Of a stretch of DNA of 29,549 nucleotides, positions 1 to 9,319 are shown one piece after another. Positions within the stretch are counted from its first letter, which is position 1. Each line of letters begins with the position of its first letter. Location of the stretch: the NCBI GenBank assembly GCA_029856435.1, contig JAHQXB010000112.1:1-29549 (forward strand). The letters run 5' to 3'. The DNA is from Candidatus Jordarchaeia archaeon. GTDB taxonomy: Archaea > Asgardarchaeota > Jordiarchaeia > Jordiarchaeales > Jordiarchaeaceae. The notes below the pieces were generated by a model. That model saw nothing but the letters and a program-made list of their open reading frames with translations, ran no database searches and was not told the DNA's origin. The translations under genes were made by a program, and so were the position numbers.

Positions 1-70
1 GCGAATCTATCGCCCGGGGAACAGTTGAAGCAGACACATCTCCCTTGCTTTAGGTGGAGGATATTCCCAA
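1..70 (+). mobile_element. Possible right end of an IS200/IS605-family (tnpB) element, truncated by the window edge
   Basis: TGAAGCAG...ATCTCCCTTGCTTTAGGTGGAGGAT resembles the CCC..CTTTAGG..GGAGGAT subterminal hairpin of archaeal IS605/IS1341 right ends. Frame 1 reads KQTHLPCFRWR, similar to low-complexity TnpB C-termini. No RuvC motifs are visible in the window. Confidence 0.3.
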
Positions 71-618
71 TTGTGGCCCTGCCCTCTTTGGGCTTTTTCG
101 AACTTCCCGCATTCTGGGCCGGGCTTGGGCTGGAATCGGCTGCCTGACACATATGTATGTGTGGTTGTTTTTAAGGAATGATGGATTTGGTGGTTTTTCT
201 TTAACGTTAACTAGTTGGAAGTTTAAGCTTTATTCCAAATAGAAGCAGTTTTAACACCCCATCCTAAAAAACGATGTATCCCCTTCACCCATACAGACCA
301 ACCCCCTATTACACGTAAGAAATTGTAAAAGTTTTTTATCGTTAGTTATATTGGTCTCCGTGAAAAAAGAAGACAAAAACGCTTTTTGGGAAAAAGAAGA
401 ATTCATTAGCCGTTTATGCCATGAATAACAAATGACGAGAAACTTTTCGAAATACTATACACGCCTCTCTCAAGAATAAAATTGACTTTTATCTTATTTT
501 CCCATTAGGCAACATCCGCCAAGAAGACCAAATAGCCTCCCTCAAGTTTTGGAACACCCTTGTTTAAGCACAACAACCAAAAATGCATAAATGACTAGAT
601 TCAAGTTAATCCTTTTCC

Positions 619-1794
<1,176 letters not shown>

Positions 1795-1821
1795 TTAAAT
1801 CTTTCGCGAAACGCTTTTAGA

Positions 1822-1852
1822 AAAGTTAACCGCTATTTCGTGGTTTAACTTT
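1822..1852. promoter_or_regulatory. Imperfect inverted repeat upstream of trpS
   Basis: AAAGTTAACC (1822-1831) and GGTTTAACTTT (1842-1852) are reverse complements apart from one extra T, about 35 bp from the trpS start. Confidence 0.3.
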
Positions 1853-1972
1853 CCATTTCTGAACTTATAGAATGGGCCCGCTCTTAGTCCAGATATTATT
1901 ATTCTCCATTTACCTCTTAATAATGGGTCTCACAGATAATAAGCGGAATGGGAAAGGATTTCTTGGAACATA

Positions 1973-1980
1973 TTTATATA
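1973..1980 (+). promoter_or_regulatory. Putative TATA box for the dehydrogenase gene
   Basis: TTTATATA about 75 bp upstream of ATG 2055; SD GGAGG just before the start. Confidence 0.4.
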
Positions 1981-2054
1981 CCTGAATTTTATTTTTTGCC
2001 TATCGTGCTTGAAAAGTTTCATATTGAAATTGATAGCTGATTCGGAGGCAAAAA

Positions 2055-3086
2055 ATGGCAAGATATAGGATAGCAGTGATTGAAGGAGACGGAACTGGTC
2101 CTGAGGTTATTAGCTGTGCTTTAAGGGTTCTTGAGTCTACGGGTTTAGACGCTGAATTTATTCCTATTGAGGCGGGTTATTGGGCTTATCAAAAGTTTGG
2201 TAAGCAGGTTACTGATTCAGCTTGGGAAATTATTGGTGAGAGCAACTGTATCCTTAAGGGACCTACCACTACTCCTATGGGTGGGGGTGAGACTGGGATG
2301 AAGAGTGTTGCAGTTACCCTTCGCCAGAAACTTGACCTCTATGCTAACGTCAGACCCTGCAAGAGCCGGCCGGGGGTGCCAGTTCCCACAAAGTTTACTA
2401 ATCTTGATTTTGTTATTGTACGGGAGAACACTGAAGGCCTATATAAGGGAATAGAGTTCAAAATGAGTGATGATGAGGTTGTTTCTCTACGAGTGTTTAC
2501 TCGAAGGGGTTGTGAGCGGATCTCTCGGTTCGGCTTTGAATTGGCGAGGAAGGAAAAGCGCAAGAAGGTTACTCTTGTTACCAAGGCGAACATATTACAG
2601 TTGACAGATGGTTTTTTCACCAATATTTTTTACAAGGTTTCCGAAAACTATCCCGAGTTGGAACACGAAGACATATACGTGGACCGCGCCAACATGTACA
2701 TGATAACAAATCCCACATACTTTGATGTTATAGTGACCTCTAATCTTTTCGGGGACATTTTGAGTGACGCCGCAGCTGGTTTAATAGGTGGACTGGGATT
2801 AGCTCCGGGCGCAAATATGGGTGATAACTTTGCAATGTTTGAAGCAGTGCACGGCTCCGCTCCCAAGTATGCCGGGCAAAAAAAGGTTAACCCTACTGCT
2901 ATGATTTTGTCCTCTGTGATGATGCTAAGATATCTTGGAGAAGGCAGTATCGCTGAAAAAGTGGAGAAGGCTGTGGATAGGGTTCTCTTGGAAGGGGCAA
3001 CAAACAAGGAGATAGTCACCTATGACTTGGGTGGAACAGCTACAAATGTTAAAATGACCGAGGAAATAATAAAAAGAATGGAGTAG
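2055..3086 (+). CDS. Isocitrate/isopropylmalate/homoisocitrate dehydrogenase family protein
   Basis: IAVIEGDGTGPEV, LYANVRP, IVRENTEGLY, VTKANIL, TSNLFGDILSD, FEAVHGSAPKYAG. The KGPTTTP...SVAVTLRQ loop looks more ICDH/HICDH-like than IPMDH-like. Confidence 0.9.
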   Translation: MARYRIAVIEGDGTGPEVISCALRVLESTGLDAEFIPIEAGYWAYQKFGKQVTDSAWEIIGESNCILKGPTTTPMGGGETGMKSVAVTLRQKLDLYANVRPCKSRPGVPVPTKFTNLDFVIVRENTEGLYKGIEFKMSDDEVVSLRVFTRRGCERISRFGFELARKEKRKKVTLVTKANILQLTDGFFTNIFYKVSENYPELEHEDIYVDRANMYMITNPTYFDVIVTSNLFGDILSDAAAGLIGGLGLAPGANMGDNFAMFEAVHGSAPKYAGQKKVNPTAMILSSVMMLRYLGEGSIAEKVEKAVDRVLLEGATNKEIVTYDLGGTATNVKMTEEIIKRME

Positions 3087-3100
3087 CCTTAATACATTTT

Positions 3101-3628
3101 TCACCCATTTTTGTGGTGATTCTCCTTTTCCCAGGGGAACTTGCGGTGCTTCTTATAATACTCTGTTAATCCGCCTACTTCTGCCATTTCCAGTAGAAAG
3201 TCTGGAATGGGCGAAGCGGAAATTTCTACTTTCTTAGTGACATTAACTATTTTTCCTCTTCTTAGATCAACCTCTAAAATGTCTCCCTGATCGACTTTCT
3301 CATTTATTCCTCTACATATGAGTACTGGCAATCCTACGTTGAATGCGTTTCTATAAAATATTCTGGCGAAATCTTCAGCTATAACCAGTGAGACTCCTGC
3401 ATATTTTAGTACTAGGGGCGCCTGCTCCCGGCTTGAGCCCATACCGAAGTTTTTTCCCGCTACAATGATATCGCCTTTTTCCACCTTTTTTGCGAAATCG
3501 GGGTCTACGCCCTCCATGGCATGTTTTGCCAGCTCATTCATATCCAGTGTTTTGAACTTGTATTTTCCAGGGATAATATAGTCTGTATTAACATCGTTGG
3601 GAAATTTCCAAACCCTTCCTCTAATCAT
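3101..3628 (-). CDS. leuD: 3-isopropylmalate dehydratase/homoaconitase small subunit
   Basis: VNTDYIIPG, GDIIVAGKNFGMGSSREQAP, IAEDFARIFYRNAFNVGLP; ATGA overlap with the large subunit. Confidence 0.9.
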   Translation of the reverse strand: MIRGRVWKFPNDVNTDYIIPGKYKFKTLDMNELAKHAMEGVDPDFAKKVEKGDIIVAGKNFGMGSSREQAPLVLKYAGVSLVIAEDFARIFYRNAFNVGLPVLICRGINEKVDQGDILEVDLRRGKIVNVTKKVEISASPIPDFLLEMAEVGGLTEYYKKHRKFPWEKENHHKNG

Positions 3629-4875
3629 AGATAAGACCTCGGATCTGTTATTTTTCCCCTCACGGCCGCAACCGCCGCCGTATGGGGAGACGCCAAATAA
3701 ATCTCAGCTTCATCACTCCCCATTCTTCCCTTAAAATTGCGATTAGCAGTAGAGACTACCGTGTAACCCGGAGACGGAATGCCCTGGTGGGTGCCCACAC
3801 AGGGTCCACATCCCGGATTGCAAACCACCGCCCCCGCCTCCACAAAAATTTCAATTAAACCTTCTTTTAAGGCTTGGAGGTAGACTTCTCTTGAAGCCGG
3901 GGCAATAATTGTTATTGGCTTGGTTTTTTGGTTTCTCAAAATCCTAGCAGCTATTCTTAAATCTTCAATTCTACCATTAGTACAAGTCCCTATGTAAACC
4001 TGATCCACACTTATACCCTCAACCTCGCTCACCGGCTTAACATTGTCAACCTCATGTGGACACGCCACAACCGGAACTAGGTCTGCCGCATCAATTTCTA
4101 ACCGTTTTATATAGTCGGCGTCTGAATCGCTGGAAAATGTTTGATACTGATTCTTTGCCATCCTTTTTCCAACATACTGTATAGTTTTGCTATCCGGAGC
4201 CACAATTCCAGTTTTGCCTCCCATTTCAACAGCCATGTTGCAGAGGGTCATTCTAGCCTCTACACTAAGATCTCTAACAGTATTCCCCGCATACTCCACC
4301 GCCATATAATTCGCTCCAGAAGCAGTAACCTTCCCAATTACTGTCAAAACAATATCCTTGGCGTAAACTCCTTCAGGAAGTTTTCCATCTACCATAACTA
4401 GCAAGGTTTCTGGAACCCTGAACCACAACTTTCCACTCGCAAAAACTACCGCCATATCAGTAGACCCTATCCCTGTGGCGAAGGCTCCCAGAGCGCCATA
4501 AGTGCAGGTGTGAGAGTCGGCACCCACAACCACCCCTCCGGGTGGCACATGCCCCTGCTCTGGAAGTAGCTGGTGGCAAACACCGCTGCCCACATCATAA
4601 AGTATAACTCCCTGCCTTTTACCCCATTCTCGCATCATAGCATGCAGCTTGGAAACACCCTCACTGGGGCTGGGAGCATTATGATCAAAAACCAGAGCTA
4701 TCCTCTTATTGTTCCAAACTTTATCGACACCCATTTCTTCTAGGGCCCTTATGGTAAGGGGGGCGGTTCCATCTTGAGCCATAGCAAAATCTATGTTCGC
4801 CACCACAATATCCCCTGCATAAGCGTCGGAGTTCGAAGCCTTACTAAGAATTTTTTCTGAAATAGTTTTACCCAT
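3625..4875 (-). CDS. leuC: 3-isopropylmalate dehydratase/homoaconitase large subunit
   Basis: MGKTISEKIL, QDGTAP, FDH, GVCHQ, GADSHTCTYGA, IGTCTNGRIEDL, PGCGPCVG (three Fe-S Cys), STANRNFKGRMG. Start placed at Met 4875. Confidence 0.92.
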   Translation of the reverse strand: MGKTISEKILSKASNSDAYAGDIVVANIDFAMAQDGTAPLTIRALEEMGVDKVWNNKRIALVFDHNAPSPSEGVSKLHAMMREWGKRQGVILYDVGSGVCHQLLPEQGHVPPGGVVVGADSHTCTYGALGAFATGIGSTDMAVVFASGKLWFRVPETLLVMVDGKLPEGVYAKDIVLTVIGKVTASGANYMAVEYAGNTVRDLSVEARMTLCNMAVEMGGKTGIVAPDSKTIQYVGKRMAKNQYQTFSSDSDADYIKRLEIDAADLVPVVACPHEVDNVKPVSEVEGISVDQVYIGTCTNGRIEDLRIAARILRNQKTKPITIIAPASREVYLQALKEGLIEIFVEAGAVVCNPGCGPCVGTHQGIPSPGYTVVSTANRNFKGRMGSDEAEIYLASPHTAAVAAVRGKITDPRSYL

Positions 4876-5191
4876 AATGAGCACCAACCAAAACCATCAA
4901 GCTGTTTCGAGGACACAGTGAAGAAACCAGCATCCAAGATTTTGTTCTGAAGCAGGAAATCAGATTAATAACGCCAAGTACATCTCTTTGAAACAAATTT
5001 AAATTTTATCGAAAACTCTCAGCAACTAAACAAGTTGTTAAACTAGATTGGTTTTTCTTTCCTGAAATCACTAAAAAGCGTGTCCTGTAAAAAAAGAAAA
5101 ATAGTAAAGAGAGAGTAACTTAACCGAAAATTAACATAACAAACTGGAGAGCACAAGTTCCCGGTGTCTTTTGTGTCAAGTGTCAGTAAGA

Positions 5192-6799
5192 TTACCAGCC
5201 AAACGCGGCGCTATCTCCCCTGGGGTCGGCTCCACCATAAATGACTTTCCCATTTTCCTTAACCATTATGGCCTGAGCGTGGCCCATTATCTGTGACCAT
5301 TCTTCAACGCGACTTACCTTGTGCCCCATTGATTCCAGCTTGGCTACAACCTTTTGGGAGACTCTTTTCTCCACTATAAGTATGTCTACATAATGTTGGT
5401 TAGTTTTGAAGCTTGTACTCATCCATCTGGGAGCTTCAATAGACTCTTGTACATCCATTCCAAAGTCTATAATGTTTGATATTACCTGTATGTGCGTCTG
5501 GGGTTGTCCCTCTCCACCCATTGTACCCATAACCAAGAATGGCTTTTGATCCTTGAATATCATTAGGGGACTTAGAGTGTGAAGCGTCCTCTTATGGGGT
5601 TCAAGTCTATTTATGTGTTTATCATCTAAAGAGAAGTAAGCCCCACGATTCTGAAGAATTATTCCAGTGTCTCCTACAACCACCCCGCACCCGAAGGGAT
5701 AGTAGATGCTCTGTATAAGTGATACCGCATTCCCCTCTTTGTCCACAACAGCTAAATAAACTGTGTCTCCCTCCACAGCGTTCCCACGATGACTACACTG
5801 TCCTCTCCTCTCATAGTTTATGTTTTCCCTGAGCTTTGAGGCGTACTCCTTTGAAAGTAGTTTATCTAAGGGTATTTCTACAAATTCTGGGTCTGTCACA
5901 TATTGATCTCTCACTTTGAAGGCGCACTTTTTTGCCTCAACCATCAGGTGTATGGTTTCAGGCTTTTGCCATCCATATTGGGATAATTCGAATCCCTCAA
6001 TTATGTTTAGTTCTATGAGTGTAGCAACTCCCTGCGAATTGGGGGGAAACGCATAAACCTCGTAGCCCCTGTAGAGTGTTTTGATGGGCTCTACCCAGTT
6101 AGACTTGTGGTCTTGTAAATCTTTTTTGGCGATTAGACCACCGTTTTCCTCCGAAAATTTAACTATGGATTCAGCCAATTCCCCCTTATAGAATTCATCT
6201 CTACCTCCCTCAGCTAACTTTCTTAATGTCGCCGCTAATTCCTTCTGTACCAGAACTTCACCCGGTCTGATTATGCGTCCCCCTCTTATGTACATCTCAG
6301 CCAACTTCGGGCTGGAAGTCAAAACATCGACGTTTGAATTTACAAACCAGTAAAATTTGTCTGTTATGGGAACACCTCTCTCAGCATATTCTATAGCTGG
6401 CTGAATCAATTCACTCAGTGTTTTTGTCCCAAACCTCTCAATTGCTGTGCACCAGCCATCAACAACTCCCGGAACTGTCACGGGAAGCAGCCCTCTCACG
6501 GGGATCGATGAGAAACCCATAGATTTGAAAAGCTCCCTCTTGGCAGCGTAGGGAGCTCTACCACTGGCATTAAGCCCAAAAACTTTATTCTCACCTGCTT
6601 CGTATATGAGAAAGAACGCGTCTCCCCCCAACCCACACATATGTGGATAGGCTACTGCCAGAACCATGTTTGTTGCAATTGCAGCATCAATGGCGTTACC
6701 TCCCCTCCTAAGCACTTTTAATCCTTCAACAGAGGCCAGTCTGTGGGGGGAAACAACCATTCCATTACGAGCTCTGGTTACAGGATATATGGAAGGCAT
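5192..6799 (-). CDS. ggt: Gamma-glutamyltransferase family protein (YwrD-like Ntn hydrolase)
   Basis: GGNAIDAAIA, HMCGLGGDAFFL, TVPGVVDGW, PPNSQG, nucleophile in GDTVYLAVVDKEGNAVSLIQS, LQNRG, GTMGGEGQPQ, GGADPRGD. Likely start at Met 6799; the extension to 6901 is AT-rich intergenic sequence. Confidence 0.92.
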   Translation of the reverse strand: MPSIYPVTRARNGMVVSPHRLASVEGLKVLRRGGNAIDAAIATNMVLAVAYPHMCGLGGDAFFLIYEAGENKVFGLNASGRAPYAAKRELFKSMGFSSIPVRGLLPVTVPGVVDGWCTAIERFGTKTLSELIQPAIEYAERGVPITDKFYWFVNSNVDVLTSSPKLAEMYIRGGRIIRPGEVLVQKELAATLRKLAEGGRDEFYKGELAESIVKFSEENGGLIAKKDLQDHKSNWVEPIKTLYRGYEVYAFPPNSQGVATLIELNIIEGFELSQYGWQKPETIHLMVEAKKCAFKVRDQYVTDPEFVEIPLDKLLSKEYASKLRENINYERRGQCSHRGNAVEGDTVYLAVVDKEGNAVSLIQSIYYPFGCGVVVGDTGIILQNRGAYFSLDDKHINRLEPHKRTLHTLSPLMIFKDQKPFLVMGTMGGEGQPQTHIQVISNIIDFGMDVQESIEAPRWMSTSFKTNQHYVDILIVEKRVSQKVVAKLESMGHKVSRVEEWSQIMGHAQAIMVKENGKVIYGGADPRGDSAAFGW

Positions 6800-7200
6800 T
6801 ATAATCAACCAAATATTTATTTTTATATCATAACTTATACAATTTAACTCATAGATTGGGGAAGGCTTCATATAAAGCAAAGTGTGCAAAAATGCCCACA
6901 ATTAACTACAATAGGGAAATATAGCTCATAAATTATCCAGTCGTAGTACATATCTATCAAATTAAATTAATATTAACCCTATATCCGGCCTCCAAATTAT
7001 TATGAGATTAGTGACGGTTGGCGGATTTTTTATGCTTCTCCAAAGATGTGATCTTGATTGGCATTTTATTAGAACTTACAATTCTTGTCCATGATGGTTT
7101 TAGCTGATGGTATTTAGAAAAGACATAAATTCCTTAAACTCTTAACACTGATTGTAACAACCTAGGTCTACGTTGGCTAAATTTTGGAGGCGTTTACCTC

Positions 7201-8349
7201 TTGGTGGAATATCCAAATCTTAAAGAACTCTACAATGAAATTATGCGCTGCTACCGCTGTGGACTTTGTAGGGTTTCCTGCCCCGTTTTCAAATATTCGG
7301 GAACAGAGTCTTGGAACGCTAGGGGTAGATTAATTTTGCTCCGCGCCCTTTCAGACAATAATTTACATGTTTCTGATTCCCTTATTGATCGTATATATTC
7401 CTGTTCTCTGTGTAGGGAGTGTGAAGTCCTTTGTCCCCCTGGCGTGAATGTGTCTGGCATAATAAAGGTAGCTAGGGAGGAGCTTGTAAAGAATGGTTTA
7501 GCTCCCCCCGAAGAGCAGAGAGAAATGCAGAAAAATATTCTCCAAGCGGGAAACATTCTCGGTAAGAGCATCCAACCCTTAAACACCCTCCTAGGACCAA
7601 CCATTGATAGCCTCCCTGACTCATCACCCAACTTGGTATACTCCGGCTGTGTATTATTATACTCCTACACACAAATTGCTCAGGCAACGCTGGGAAATAT
7701 TAAAAATGCCAAGTATGATTACACCGTGTTAAAAGAAGGGGAGAAGTGTTGTGGTGGCTTTCTCAAAATGATTGGCTATAGGGAGGCTTTCGACTCCTAT
7801 AGCCGAATACAATTGGAGCTTTTCACTAAGAGAGAAATTAATCAATTAATTACTGTTTGCCCCATGTGCTACTCAACCTTCAAACATGACTACCCCCAAA
7901 AGTTGGAAGTCAAACACACAGTCCTCCTTTACAATGAGCTGCTAGATGAGGGAAAAATTGTTTTCAACAGACCCCTTAATGCTAAAGTTGCCTTTCACGA
8001 CTCCTGTCACCTTGGCCGCTATTCGGGAATATTTGAGGAGCCAAGAAAACTAATTGAAAATGTCCCCGGAATCAAGTTAGTTGAACTATCTAAATCTAAA
8101 AAATCTTCAAACTGTTGCGGAGGGACAATAAGAGTTCCCTACGCCCAGATTAGGAGCAAAATGTCGGAATGGATAATCGAAGACGCTTCCCAGGTGGGGG
8201 CAGAATACTTGGTAACCGCTTGCCCCTCCTGTTTCCACAACTTATACTCCTCCTCTATCATGATGGATTGCAACGTGAAAATCATTACCCTTGAAGAGTT
8301 GGTGGGCTATGCAACTAGTCAACTGCCGAAAATCCCCCTATACAAATAG
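7201..8349 (+). CDS. (Fe-S)-binding protein, GlcF/GlpC/HdrD-like, with two ferredoxin motifs and two CCG domains
   Basis: CYRCGLCRVSCP, CSLCRECEVLCP, KCCGG, VCPMC, FHDSCHLGR, NCCGG, TACPSC; SD GGAGG upstream. Confidence 0.9.
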   Translation: MVEYPNLKELYNEIMRCYRCGLCRVSCPVFKYSGTESWNARGRLILLRALSDNNLHVSDSLIDRIYSCSLCRECEVLCPPGVNVSGIIKVAREELVKNGLAPPEEQREMQKNILQAGNILGKSIQPLNTLLGPTIDSLPDSSPNLVYSGCVLLYSYTQIAQATLGNIKNAKYDYTVLKEGEKCCGGFLKMIGYREAFDSYSRIQLELFTKREINQLITVCPMCYSTFKHDYPQKLEVKHTVLLYNELLDEGKIVFNRPLNAKVAFHDSCHLGRYSGIFEEPRKLIENVPGIKLVELSKSKKSSNCCGGTIRVPYAQIRSKMSEWIIEDASQVGAEYLVTACPSCFHNLYSSSIMMDCNVKIITLEELVGYATSQLPKIPLYK

Positions 8350-8489
8350 TGAAAACAACAAGGGATTTCTCAGGTACGAGTAAATTTTCTTAAAATTAAA
8401 AACTAATTAATTACGCGATAATCATTAGTTTACGTAAAACTTAATATCCCCCCTCACGTCTCAAAGATATGCTTGTGGAGGACAATGTT

Positions 8490-9275
8490 ATGTCAGAAAT
8501 CGAACCAAGAGTTATGCATAGTCAAGATAGTAGAAAATTCAGAGCAGGTAGAGGGTTTAGTCTTGGAGAAATAAGTGGCGCCGGACTAAGCGTGCATGAG
8601 GCTAAAAGGCTCTCACTTAGAATAGACCGGCGAAGAAAAACAGTACATGAATTCAACATAGAAGCTATCAAATCCCATATTAAAGAAAGGATGAAAAAAT
8701 TGGAAGAGAGAAAAGCAGAAGAGACCAAAAAAGTTCCCTTAGAAGAAGCCGAGAAACGGGCAATCTCTGAATTAACAAAAATAGAAGGTCTAAACAAAAA
8801 ACTGGCCCAAAAACTTTTCCAGAACAAAATCGACTCACTGGAAGCCCTATCAAGTGCGAAGGCTAAAGACTTGGCCAAAAAAGTTGGGGTGAGTGAAACA
8901 CGAGCGCAGCTTTGGATTGAGGACGCTCAAGTGCTAACTGGAAAAATTAAGCCTGAACCCAAGCCCGAGGAAGTAAAGGAGGCACCCAAAGAGATAGCCG
9001 TGGAAGAACTTCCAGAGATAGAATCGGCGGAACTCACAAAAATTAAAGGACTAACAAACCAGGACGCTAGGAAACTAGCAGAAATAGGCATACTCACAAT
9101 AGAAGATCTAGCTTTAACTGAAGAGGAAGAGATAGAAGAAATAACCCAAATAACTAAGATTCCTCAAGACACCATCAAGGCCTGGATAAAAGAAGCAAAA
9201 GAGCTCACTGAAAAACCCAAGGAAACTGCCAAACCAAAAAAGAGAGCCAAAGCAAAAACAAAAAAGAAGGCATGA
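8490..9275 (+). CDS. rpl13e: 50S ribosomal protein L13e fused to two C-terminal helix-hairpin-helix (HhH_5/RadA-N-like) modules and a Lys-rich tail
   Basis: RAGRGFSLGEISGAGLSVHEAKRLSLRIDRRRKTVHEFNI is the L13e signature. Repeats LTKIEGLNKKLAQKL...WIEDA and LTKIKGLTNQDARKL...WIKEA follow. SD GGAGG precedes ATG 8490. Confidence 0.85.
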   Translation: MSEIEPRVMHSQDSRKFRAGRGFSLGEISGAGLSVHEAKRLSLRIDRRRKTVHEFNIEAIKSHIKERMKKLEERKAEETKKVPLEEAEKRAISELTKIEGLNKKLAQKLFQNKIDSLEALSSAKAKDLAKKVGVSETRAQLWIEDAQVLTGKIKPEPKPEEVKEAPKEIAVEELPEIESAELTKIKGLTNQDARKLAEIGILTIEDLALTEEEEIEEITQITKIPQDTIKAWIKEAKELTEKPKETAKPKKRAKAKTKKKA

Positions 9276-9319
9276 AGCTTCATGATAATCCACATTTTGC
9301 TTCAAATTTTACACCCCTC

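Noticed and set aside
54-242. 62-aa ORF at the left edge
   Set aside because: No SD or motif; overlaps the putative IS end and a small hairpin at 147-162
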